From Thermoproteota archaeon (GTDB lineage Archaea > Asgardarchaeota > Njordarchaeia > Njordarchaeales > Panguiarchaeaceae): 64,000 bases of DNA. Made by a program: the position numbers and the translations under genes. The first letter of the stretch is position 1. Every line of letters starts with the position of its first letter. The notes beneath the pieces were generated by a model. It was not told the DNA's origin. It ran no database searches and saw only the letters and a list, made by a program, of their open reading frames with translations. Location of the stretch: the NCBI GenBank assembly GCA_024720975.1, contig JANJXX010000002.1, positions 112,763 through 176,762 on the forward strand, read 5' to 3'. Below are positions 40,630 to 49,840 of this stretch, in pieces.

Positions 40630-41427
40630 ATGATTCTACGCAATATATTGACCTATTGTGGGATTAAAAGATCAGGTGAGTGTCATTTGCGCACGATCGT
40701 AATTCTGGGTCCAGCCGGGTCTGGAAAGTCTGTCTTGGCGGGTGCCATAACTCATATGCTGCAGGATATGGGTATGGATGCACTGATACTCAACCTAGAC
40801 CCAGCGGCAATCACATACCCTTATGATGAACCTGACATTGACATTAGGAAGTATGTAAGAACTGAGCGCGTCATTAGGAAATTTAATTTGGGGCCAAATG
40901 GTGGCTTGATTGCGTCGATAGATATTGCGGCTAAGTTTAGTCGTCGGATAAAGCGAGAGATTATAGAGAATGGACCTGAGTATTTGGTGGTGGATACACC
41001 TGGCCAACTAGAGATTTTTGTTTTTCGTAATGCTGGAATAATTCTTCTTAGAGAGGCAATCTTAAGTATTCCAGATAATAAGTCGTTAGCGGTATTTCTG
41101 TTCGATCCTTTTCTATGCTCAGATTTAAATTCGATGTTATCTCTGCTTCTACTTGCTGCGAGTGTTTCGTTAAGGATTCAGATGCAGATTCTGGGGGCTT
41201 TGACAAAGATTGATATTATTCCAGAGGCAGAAACAAAGAGAATCTGGAACTTGCTAAGCGATCCAAGGCAAATACTACTGCAAATGCAAGAGAGTAATGT
41301 AACCTCACCCATCAGGAAGATAAATCCTTACGCAATAAAGCTAGATGTATGGCCAGTCTCAGGGATTTCAGGGGAGGGATTAAAAGAATTCTTAACAAAA
41401 ATAGAGGATCTTCTCGGGGAAGATTAG
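40630..41427 (+). CDS. GPN-loop GTPase (XAB1/Npa3 family), paralogue 2
   Basis: P-loop GPAGSGKS, NLDPAA and the GPNGG loop. It is a second paralogue, distinct from the gene at 6429-7217. Confidence 0.75.
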   Translation: MILRNILTYCGIKRSGECHLRTIVILGPAGSGKSVLAGAITHMLQDMGMDALILNLDPAAITYPYDEPDIDIRKYVRTERVIRKFNLGPNGGLIASIDIAAKFSRRIKREIIENGPEYLVVDTPGQLEIFVFRNAGIILLREAILSIPDNKSLAVFLFDPFLCSDLNSMLSLLLLAASVSLRIQMQILGALTKIDIIPEAETKRIWNLLSDPRQILLQMQESNVTSPIRKINPYAIKLDVWPVSGISGEGLKEFLTKIEDLLGED

Positions 41428-42962
41428 GGAGTCAAAAACTCCTCCTCAATTGCTTCTTTGGCAATTTCGTATAACTCATTTGCATAGTCTAGGCCATGTG
41501 TTTCTAGCCAGGTCTTGTACTCCTCAGCTTTCTTGATTGCCCACTCATATAATTCGCGTGAGATTATACCCTGCTCGAGGTACTTCTCCAATTTTTTCCT
41601 GTCGATTATAGTAATATTGTTCTCGTAGGTTCTTACGACATCAATTTCTAAGTCTATATATCGTATTGAGTGTGGATAGATCTCTATCGGAGTGTTTATA
41701 TTGACGTATATTCCTTTAAGCTCAAGATTCATTGAATAGTATGCCGTCAGAAGCTTTGTGTCTCCCTCCCTGGCCACAGTGATTCCGAAGTCACCAGACT
41801 CTCTTGGTGCGTTAATTCCATCATAGTAGCTACCTGAAGAGAAGCGTCTAAACATTATATATTCGAGGCCGTCATCTGTGTTTTGAGCTTTAATAATTTT
41901 TGCGGGGCCTAGAATAATCCTCTTCATCGTTGGCTTTATGTGATGTATTGATATCACATCTCCTTTCTTTGGTAGTATATTTTTCCTTATGAAATCGACA
42001 GCCAATCTTGAGAGCTCTTCGAAATTAAGACTTTTATAGTTGCATCCGAGCTCCTCTATAAAATCTATTAGCAAGCTGGGTGCTTTTCCTAGAGTCTTAA
42101 TCCAGTGGTGTCCTTTGACAGTTGGAGTGACTTCTGATCGGATCTTATCAAGCGTCATTTTCGAATTTTGGGGAAAAATTACTGTGAGTATGTTTATGCC
42201 TTCTCGTATTTGAGTGAAGGCAGGAATTTTCTCTAAACTCTTCTGGAACTCCTCAGCATATTTATGAAGACTTTTGAGCTCGTCACTTATTGCATCGAGA
42301 GACGCTTGCATAGCTGAGGTTCTGAAGATTATTCCCCAGCCGGGCGGCCTTAGAATGTTGCCTATATCGAGAAGTTCGACTTTTCGGGGGCCTTTAATCT
42401 TCCTAGATGCCTTAATTATTTCCTTTTGCAGCAAAACAACAAACTCGCCGGGTATTGAGATAAATTCCGTGAGGAGAATTCTTTTACTTTTCTGATCGTA
42501 GCCCTTTACCTCAACGACAACGAGGTCCCCTTCCTTATATTGTTGTCGGGCTTCCTCGCTTGGTAGGAATCCCTCTTGGTTTATTGAGAATCGTACAATA
42601 TAACCATCTTTAAGTTTCTGTGTTACTACTCCCCTCCAGATGCTATTCTTTGCATAAGGTTCCTGATAGGCAATGACGTCGCTGAAATTTTTAAATAGGA
42701 TCTCTTTAAGCGTGGGTGTAAGGCGCTCCAAACTTTCGATTGATGCTCGGGACCCTTTTGCTTGGATATCTATGTGAGGACTCAGGTATTGTAAGCTGTC
42801 AAACTTGAATCTTTCGCAGACCTTAGGACTTGGCTGTGTTATTTCGAAGCCATGTTCCAAAAAAAGTTTAGTTAATGCAGTTGAGTAGGGACCGCGAATC
42901 CTTACCCGGATTTTGCTTGTATCAGTTGGAATGTCAAACAACCACTTTCCCAAGACAAACAC
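41424..42962 (-). CDS. RNase E/G-like RNA-binding protein (FAU-1 family) with an S1-like domain
   Basis: N-terminal IRVRIRGPYSTALTKLFLEHGFEI and an S1-like segment (RGVVTQKLKDGYIVRFSINQEGFLP) are reminiscent of archaeal FAU-1 / aRNase G (~470-510 aa). Confidence 0.45.
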   Translation of the reverse strand: MFVLGKWLFDIPTDTSKIRVRIRGPYSTALTKLFLEHGFEITQPSPKVCERFKFDSLQYLSPHIDIQAKGSRASIESLERLTPTLKEILFKNFSDVIAYQEPYAKNSIWRGVVTQKLKDGYIVRFSINQEGFLPSEEARQQYKEGDLVVVEVKGYDQKSKRILLTEFISIPGEFVVLLQKEIIKASRKIKGPRKVELLDIGNILRPPGWGIIFRTSAMQASLDAISDELKSLHKYAEEFQKSLEKIPAFTQIREGINILTVIFPQNSKMTLDKIRSEVTPTVKGHHWIKTLGKAPSLLIDFIEELGCNYKSLNFEELSRLAVDFIRKNILPKKGDVISIHHIKPTMKRIILGPAKIIKAQNTDDGLEYIMFRRFSSGSYYDGINAPRESGDFGITVAREGDTKLLTAYYSMNLELKGIYVNINTPIEIYPHSIRYIDLEIDVVRTYENNITIIDRKKLEKYLEQGIISRELYEWAIKKAEEYKTWLETHGLDYANELYEIAKEAIEEEFLTP

Positions 42963-43001
42963 CTTGATATTCTTTCTGCGATGAACTCAGCATTGGACAG
43001 T

Positions 43002-43670
43002 TTAGGTGTAGGTCTCGATGTATGAGAGTTTGATATGCTTATTTATTTCGTCTGGACTTAGCCTCTGGAATCCTTCCTCACGGGATATTATTACAAGGTC
43101 TACGCCATCTCCACTAAAAACATCGCGGAGTATAGCTGATCTCAAAGCGGTTAGTACCAGTTTAATTGCATCATCGCGTGTTAAATCATCTCTGAATCCA
43201 TCCTCTAGTACTCCAAGGGCTATGGGAGAACCGCTACCAGTGGCAATGAATTTTTCTTCTTGCATGCTGCCGGCGTGGTCTAGGAAAACTATATGCGGTC
43301 CAGTTGCGTCAACGCCTGCAACTATGAAGTGATTTACGAAGGGGATCAGTCTCTTAAAGTAGGAATGCATCACATTGGATAATAGGTTAACCAGTTCTAA
43401 GACAGTTGGATCTCTTTCAACATTAAGTTTGAAAGTTTGAGCGCGAGTTTGTAACCATCGAACTAGGACCTGAGCATCCGCAACAGCGCCTGATATCGTC
43501 ATTGCTATGTAGTTAGTAATTTTATGAATTTTCACAGCTCTCTTGGAGGCGATTAAATAGCCAGCAGACGCGCGCCGATCAGCACCAAGAATTACTCCCT
43601 CCTTAAATACCAAACCTACAGTTGTCGTACCGTGGATGAGTTTGTTTTTCATTTCGTTGTCGAATGCCAC
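43002..43670 (-). CDS. psmB: Proteasome beta subunit (N-terminal Thr protease)
   Basis: Propeptide followed by the catalytic Thr in HGTTTVGLVFKEGVILGADRRASAG. Confidence 0.85.
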   Translation of the reverse strand: MAFDNEMKNKLIHGTTTVGLVFKEGVILGADRRASAGYLIASKRAVKIHKITNYIAMTISGAVADAQVLVRWLQTRAQTFKLNVERDPTVLELVNLLSNVMHSYFKRLIPFVNHFIVAGVDATGPHIVFLDHAGSMQEEKFIATGSGSPIALGVLEDGFRDDLTRDDAIKLVLTALRSAILRDVFSGDGVDLVIISREEGFQRLSPDEINKHIKLSYIETYT

Positions 43671-43687
43671 GAATATGCACCTATTTT

Positions 43688-44500
43688 TTAACTGTGTTCC
43701 TCCTCTTCGGACTCCTCTTTTTCTTCACTTACTGAGATTCTTTCCTTCCATTCTTCGAAGATTTTTTTGGCTTCTTCATAGAGCTTTGCTATGCTTGGAT
43801 GGTCTGCTGTTACGATTGTTGCGGGACTGTCCCTCTTAACGTATCCTACCTCAATCTCAATCGGTGGTGATGCTGTACCAAGAGCTATTAGTATAGCTGC
43901 AATGGCGTACTTTACTGCATCATCGAATGTTAATTGCTCAGGAGAGTTCATCTTGAGAATTTCCTCTAAAAATTTCTCTCCCTTCTTTGCGTTTAGTCCT
44001 ATAACGCCTGCGCGCCATGACACTGTCGAGCCTCCAGGATCGCTGAAGAGCAAGCGGGGACCAGAAATATCAACGCCTCCCAGTATTATTGACACGCCTA
44101 GTGGCCTAAGGCCGGCGTATAAGGTTGCTTGGTGCATAATAGAGCTTATGTATCTTGCAACAACATAAACATCCGGCTTTTCGCTGCCATATACAAATCG
44201 TAGAGATGCCGCATACTCTCGTGCATTTTCCACTAGGAACATTCCATCTGAACTGTAACCAGCGAATGTTGCAATAATGTTGTCATCGACCTGGAAAACT
44301 TTCCTATTTGGCATAAGTAGAACAGACATTTTCCTTTTTCCTGTGATTATTACACCATCGTTGAATAGTAGACCACAACTGGGGGTTCCCGCTTCAGCCG
44401 CTTTTCGTGCATATAATACTTGCAGGATTCTTCCTCTGGGATCGAAGAGTGTTGCCGATCTATCATAGGCTGTTGCCATTCTTTCTGGTGGGAAAAACAT
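43688..44500 (-). CDS. psmA: Proteasome alpha subunit
   Basis: Alpha-subunit signature YDRSATLFDPRGRILQVLYA. Acidic C-terminal tail. Confidence 0.85.
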   Translation of the reverse strand: MFFPPERMATAYDRSATLFDPRGRILQVLYARKAAEAGTPSCGLLFNDGVIITGKRKMSVLLMPNRKVFQVDDNIIATFAGYSSDGMFLVENAREYAASLRFVYGSEKPDVYVVARYISSIMHQATLYAGLRPLGVSIILGGVDISGPRLLFSDPGGSTVSWRAGVIGLNAKKGEKFLEEILKMNSPEQLTFDDAVKYAIAAILIALGTASPPIEIEVGYVKRDSPATIVTADHPSIAKLYEEAKKIFEEWKERISVSEEKEESEEEEHS

Positions 44501-44853
44501 TTAATACGCACCTCATTTACCAAATATTCATACGCGCAATCTTTTATACTTTATGTTCTCAATCAGTTGAATTGCACTAAATTGTCTTTCTTGTATTATA
44601 GCTGATTTAAACTAGAGGAAATTCTCCATTCTTGGTACAGCATTCAAATATGTGTTTAAGATAACACAATGTTAGAATTTTACAGCAATTAACTTGGAGT
44701 CTATCTAGCAGTCTCGGCGCATCTAATCTAGTCGAAGTTTTACGGCTGAGTTAAGATACTAGTCATCCTAAAGCAAAATGCTCATTGTTAAGTATAATGC
44801 CATAATGATCCCCTCAAATTACGTGATAAAAGGATGTCACAAGGAGTACTTTT

Positions 44854-46131
44854 ATGTCTAGAGTAGCAATCTTTGTAAGTGGCTGCTCAATGAATCAGGC
44901 CCTGGGGGAAATTATTAAGTCTCTATATCGCGATATGCTCGTTGATAGCATACAAGAGGCTGATGTGATTATCCTTAACTTGTGTGCAGTGAAAAAACCA
45001 ACTGAAGATAGGGGCATATCTCTTGCACGCAAGCTAATTAGGTCGCAAAAGAAAGTTATAATTACAGGATGTCTTGCAGAATCTGATCCAATTCGCATTA
45101 GTAAGTTAGTAAGAGGAGCGCATTTAATAAGTCTTCAGCATCTGCTTGAATTGCCGCCGGAGGAGTTTATATGCAGAATCAAGGAGGCAGAGAAACCTAT
45201 AATAAGTACTGGTCTGAGACTTAACATATGCTACCCATCAAAACGTATCCTTAGGAATCCCTTGGTGGGCATAGTTCCCATAGCGTTCGGGTGTACTAAT
45301 TACTGTACGTATTGCTTAGACAAGCGAATATGGGGCTCCACAAAGAGTATACCTCCTCACATGCTGATTGACGAAGTAAGGAATCTACTTAGAAAAGGCG
45401 TTAGGGAGATCAGAATAACAGCGCATGACGTGGCAGCTTATGGGATTGATATAGGCACAAATCTAGTAGAGTTGTTAGAGAACATCCTAAAGTTTGAAGA
45501 TGAGTTTATGATACGCATCGGAATGGCATCACCGAATACCTTTAGCCAAATTGCTGATGATCTTCTTTCGCTCATGAAAGATGAGGAGCGAATATATAAG
45601 TTTATCCACATACCCGTCCAGTCGGGTTCCGATAGAATCCTAAGGCTTATGAATAGACCATATACAATCGAAGAATACGTAGAGCTCTTCATGAAAATTA
45701 GAAAATTTTTAGGCTCAGAATCTACAATAGCAACCGACGTAATAGTAGCATTTCCAACAGAAAGCGAAGATGATCATAAGGCAACGATACGCCTTCTCGA
45801 AGAACTTAAGCCTGATATTACAAATCTCTCTCGCTATGGAGATAGGCCAGGTTGTATGTCGTCAAAAATTAAACCTAAGATCCACAGTGCGGTAGCAAAG
45901 CGGCGATCTATTGAGTTGTTTCAAGTTATCAGGAGAATCTCGATGGAACAAAATAAGAAATTTATAGGCAGAACTCTAAGGGTGTTATTTTTAGAAAGGC
46001 GTGGTGCCTTTCTTGGCAGAGCCTTCAATAATAGGATAGTATATGTGCAAGACATTGTTGATCTAGGAAACTTCTATTCAGCAAAAATCACAAGAGCCAC
46101 TTGGAAATCGCTATATGGACGCGTCGAGTAA
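44854..46131 (+). CDS. mtaB: Radical-SAM methylthiotransferase (MiaB/RimO family; MtaB/CDKAL1-like tRNA t6A37 methylthiotransferase)
   Basis: N-terminal MTTase domain, radical-SAM CxxxCxxC (GCTNYCTYC) and a C-terminal TRAM-like domain. Confidence 0.75.
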   Translation: MSRVAIFVSGCSMNQALGEIIKSLYRDMLVDSIQEADVIILNLCAVKKPTEDRGISLARKLIRSQKKVIITGCLAESDPIRISKLVRGAHLISLQHLLELPPEEFICRIKEAEKPIISTGLRLNICYPSKRILRNPLVGIVPIAFGCTNYCTYCLDKRIWGSTKSIPPHMLIDEVRNLLRKGVREIRITAHDVAAYGIDIGTNLVELLENILKFEDEFMIRIGMASPNTFSQIADDLLSLMKDEERIYKFIHIPVQSGSDRILRLMNRPYTIEEYVELFMKIRKFLGSESTIATDVIVAFPTESEDDHKATIRLLEELKPDITNLSRYGDRPGCMSSKIKPKIHSAVAKRRSIELFQVIRRISMEQNKKFIGRTLRVLFLERRGAFLGRAFNNRIVYVQDIVDLGNFYSAKITRATWKSLYGRVE

Positions 46132-46197
46132 TTTCACTGGTGTGGTTTTTAAATTAGAGCTGAGTTTTATCCCTGTCATTAATATAGGATTCTAGAG

Positions 46198-48138
46198 TTA
46201 GTCTTCTGGCACCAGAAGCCATGGAATTTCGCAAATGCTGTCTACGAAAAATAGCTTTGTTGGTATGCCTGTAGATAAATCTATTTTCAGTTTGCCCACT
46301 AAGCATAGTTCCTTGCCGAGAAGTTTCTGCAAAAGGAGTTGAGTATCGATCGTATTGGAGGTAATCCCAAGTTTTTTCAGCTCTGATATGGGTACTATTC
46401 CAGTTTTCTCAGAGAAACCATCATCAATAGTTATTGAAGCAACATTTTTTTCATCAACATACCCAGAATGGCCCATCTCACAAATTTGCTTAGCTGGATT
46501 AATTATTAAGCCACCACACTTTTTGCAAAACTGCATCTTTCCGATCCACTCGATTCCTGTTACTGTTCCAATAATGCGAGATTGCTTGCCGAGGCTTAGA
46601 TCATCGAGTGTCTTAACTCTCTCTACTTGATTACTAGAAGGTGCTCTTGCATATTCAAATTCTCTTGCGATTACATCAAATTGTGTGGATGGTGTTGATA
46701 GCAATACCAACGTGTCTTCATCCCCTTTAGATCGCTCAACACGCACGTTTGTTATCTTCACCAGTGCATTTAAATAGTCCTTAGCATGTTTGAAGTTCTC
46801 TGAGTCCCATACCAGCATCTTCAATGTCTTAGTTCCATCTGTTAATTTTAAAACCCCATAAAGTTTTCTGCTCTTAACTTCCTCAGCGCCAACAATTTTG
46901 CATATTACGTTTACGTAGGTATTTTGACTAATTGCATGAAAGCTTGTAACTACTGGTCGAGCTACAAGCAGTTTTGGCGTACCTTCGTCACTGGCAATCT
47001 CCAGGTAGCCACTGCTCCTATGTACATGTATTTTTAGTTGATCGCCGGAGAACTCCAGCATACCGAATATTGTTAATCTATCCTCAGCTCGTATCCTAGC
47101 TAGATCTTCCAAAAAATTCTCATTCCAGACAAGTACCCTTACTCTAGTGCCGTCTTGCAAATTACCAACGAGAATAGCATATCTACCAGTTTGGCCATTT
47201 TTCTCATATGTACCGAATCTAGGAGGGCTTCTTATAACTAGAGAGTACTTCCACCAACCGCGATCTCCAACTACTTCCGGAGGAACAAATTCAGGGTCCC
47301 TTCTATTAAATACCGTAAGATTTCTAGCAATAATGCGCCGAGTATTTTCAAATTTGCGAGTGAACAAACAGTGGGCTTCGATTATATCTCCAGGCTTTGC
47401 ATGTATTTTTGTGAATTCGTCGGTTGCATTACCATAGAGTGTGCAGCGCACCTTAGTTTTACAAAAATCATTTAAACTCCCAAGTAGGATTTTTTTACCT
47501 TGTTTTGGGTGTTTTTCCTCGGCTTCACCCATGTATATAGCTATCACATGTAGATAACTTCTGTCGGCTATATCTTTTCTAAGAATATCTTGTATGTCAT
47601 AGAGTCTTATCGCTGGGAGTTTGTAGTTGAGTAACTCTTCTGCAGCTCTAGCATCAATAAGATGTATTGAGCTATATTTGCTGACAATAAGCCTCGGCTG
47701 GCCGTTTGGCAATATTCCTGAACACTTTACATTCTCTAGGATTATAGCTGAACCTATATGTATACTAGGCAATAGATTCACGTCGGGAAAGCTTTTTAGA
47801 ATATACGCCTGAGCCGTCCCGGAATCATCGGTTAGTAGGATTAATGCCAGGCGTGAACCTTGCATGAAAAATCTTATCGATTCTACGATACCCAGAACAG
47901 AAATTCCGCGTGCTCCACTTTTTATGTGTTTTATTTTATTAAGGGTTCGGCGAATCTTCAGCAGCTTAATTAAATCCGCTACTCTATCTGCTAGATTGTA
48001 TTGGGATATAATTTCAAGTATAGCGATATCATCATCAACGCGATACCTACTTTTTATCTCTTCAATAAGGCTCTTTATTTCATCTCTTCTTTTTCCTAGA
48101 ATGATACTCAGTTGATCAAGTATCTTTTCAATTAACAT
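46198..48138 (-). CDS. rpa: Replication protein A-like single-stranded DNA-binding protein (multiple OB folds plus zinc ribbon)
   Basis: 646-aa protein with repeated OB-fold-like segments and a Cys4 ribbon (CKKCGG...C...H). The architecture resembles euryarchaeal/thaumarchaeal RPA and not the short crenarchaeal SSB. Confidence 0.5.
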   Translation of the reverse strand: MLIEKILDQLSIILGKRRDEIKSLIEEIKSRYRVDDDIAILEIISQYNLADRVADLIKLLKIRRTLNKIKHIKSGARGISVLGIVESIRFFMQGSRLALILLTDDSGTAQAYILKSFPDVNLLPSIHIGSAIILENVKCSGILPNGQPRLIVSKYSSIHLIDARAAEELLNYKLPAIRLYDIQDILRKDIADRSYLHVIAIYMGEAEEKHPKQGKKILLGSLNDFCKTKVRCTLYGNATDEFTKIHAKPGDIIEAHCLFTRKFENTRRIIARNLTVFNRRDPEFVPPEVVGDRGWWKYSLVIRSPPRFGTYEKNGQTGRYAILVGNLQDGTRVRVLVWNENFLEDLARIRAEDRLTIFGMLEFSGDQLKIHVHRSSGYLEIASDEGTPKLLVARPVVTSFHAISQNTYVNVICKIVGAEEVKSRKLYGVLKLTDGTKTLKMLVWDSENFKHAKDYLNALVKITNVRVERSKGDEDTLVLLSTPSTQFDVIAREFEYARAPSSNQVERVKTLDDLSLGKQSRIIGTVTGIEWIGKMQFCKKCGGLIINPAKQICEMGHSGYVDEKNVASITIDDGFSEKTGIVPISELKKLGITSNTIDTQLLLQKLLGKELCLVGKLKIDLSTGIPTKLFFVDSICEIPWLLVPED

Positions 48139-48165
48139 TTGATTAACCTTATCTCGGTGGTAGTT

Positions 48166-48801
48166 ATGAGTGATAGCTCATTTGAGGAGTCATTGGAACA
48201 CACTGATCTTAATGTAAAGTGTCCCTTATGTGGATTATCATCGCTTAGGATCTTTTATAGATCAGTGGATGTGCCTTACATAGGAGCAATGCTTGTATCT
48301 ACAATTATCTGTAACAATTGTGGATTTAAGGTATCAGATTTTTGGATGATATTCGAGGAGGGCAAGTACGAAGATTATCAAAGTGTTAGGGTGACGCAAT
48401 CAACGATGGGGGATTTGGTCTGTGCAAGTACCGGCTCAAAGATCATCATACCTGAGATTGACACTGAAATTCAAGTAATCACTTTTGATGCTCAACACAT
48501 AACAACGATAGAGGGAGTTCTTCGAGAGCTCAAGACTTATGTTGAGGCGATGCTTGATACGGCGGAGGATAAAACCAAAGCTAAAAAAATACTCGACGTG
48601 CTAAACGAGGAATTGGAAAATCCATCTGGTAGACTTACTTTGATGTTAAGTGATCCTAAAAAGCACAGTGCTGTTATACCAAGAGAATATTGGGTTAGGC
48701 GCGTCGAGCAGGAGAGAAAATTCCCCAAGAGCTTTCTAGATGCTGTTGCTGGGAGTATCATTGAAAAATGGAAGAGTGTACTAAAAAATTTCAACCCTTA
48801 A
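48166..48801 (+). CDS. ZPR1-type zinc-finger protein
   Basis: Two CxxC pairs with ZPR1-like spacing (CPLCG...IPYIGAMLVSTIICNNCGFK). The start is set at the internal MSDSSFEE, because the track start would abut the divergent rpa start with 0 nt spacing. Confidence 0.55.
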   Translation: MSDSSFEESLEHTDLNVKCPLCGLSSLRIFYRSVDVPYIGAMLVSTIICNNCGFKVSDFWMIFEEGKYEDYQSVRVTQSTMGDLVCASTGSKIIIPEIDTEIQVITFDAQHITTIEGVLRELKTYVEAMLDTAEDKTKAKKILDVLNEELENPSGRLTLMLSDPKKHSAVIPREYWVRRVEQERKFPKSFLDAVAGSIIEKWKSVLKNFNP

Positions 48802-49600
48802 TAAGAGTTTGTCTAGTTTTTTCCAGGCGAATTACGTCAGTGAGAATTATTACTAGCGTAAATAGAGTAATAATCAGGAGGAGTTGAGCATATATATTAT
48901 TTTGAAATATCATGATCCCTTGACTTAATGCAAAGTATGCTACTGCGAAAAACATCAGCGATAATAACAAAGCTACGTAGAAAGCTTTCGGTGCATCTAC
49001 TGTACGTATAAAAAGCTCATGTGTGAGTTTGGAAAGTGATCTTCTGGCATTTAAGATGAGCTTAGTAAGTTGCTCGGTTTCACTTGAGGGTATTCTTCTT
49101 GCAATTTGACTCATTTGGTCTTCCATACGATCGATGTGCTCTCTGTGTTCTTCAGTAATCTTAATGTAGATTCTCGATATAAAAGCTCCAGAGTAGAATA
49201 TTATAGTCGCCAGTATGAAGAGGATTAGCGTTGAAAACGCTAAGGGTTCTACGTATGGTGCTAAGTTTGATGCAGTAATTCGCTTAGTAACCAATAATAC
49301 GTACCCAAAAGATGCAAATATTAAAATCCAACTCAGAAATAGACGGGTCACGTATATTATAAACTGTCGTAGGCCGAAAATTATGAGTCCAGTGAAGAGT
49401 ATCCCCATAGAAAGCGCCACGAAGGTTGCTTTTTCCACTGTTTGAATCCACTGAGGATTTATTACTTCGAAGGCTTCTAACCATATTAGGACTCCGGCGC
49501 ATACTTGTGATATCAGAGCAAATAATGCAAATACGTGAGCAGCGCCAGATGTTCTAAATTTTCCGAGTGCCTTAGAAACTCGTGATGGCATCCTAGGCAC
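48791..49600 (-). CDS. Membrane protein, hypothetical (~6 predicted TM helices)
   Basis: Hydrophobic 269-aa ORF. No family recognised. Confidence 0.3.
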   Translation of the reverse strand: MPRMPSRVSKALGKFRTSGAAHVFALFALISQVCAGVLIWLEAFEVINPQWIQTVEKATFVALSMGILFTGLIIFGLRQFIIYVTRLFLSWILIFASFGYVLLVTKRITASNLAPYVEPLAFSTLILFILATIIFYSGAFISRIYIKITEEHREHIDRMEDQMSQIARRIPSSETEQLTKLILNARRSLSKLTHELFIRTVDAPKAFYVALLLSLMFFAVAYFALSQGIMIFQNNIYAQLLLIITLFTLVIILTDVIRLEKTRQTLIKG

Positions 49601-49840
49601 CTATTTAGTATCAAACAGAAAGATGTACTATAATTAGAATTAAAGGGAAGAATCAGAAAGCATAAACGGTTATAGGTGAACTAAGGTTAAAATTGAGCAC
49701 AGAGAAGTTGTTCATCGGTTCCCTCGGATGCGTGGACTTTATAACTACATAATTCCCGTGGTAATTAGGAGGAGTTATTCTCTATGAGCTGCTGGGCACA
49801 TAGATGATCCCAAGAGGGCTTAATTAGCTGAGCAGTTCTG

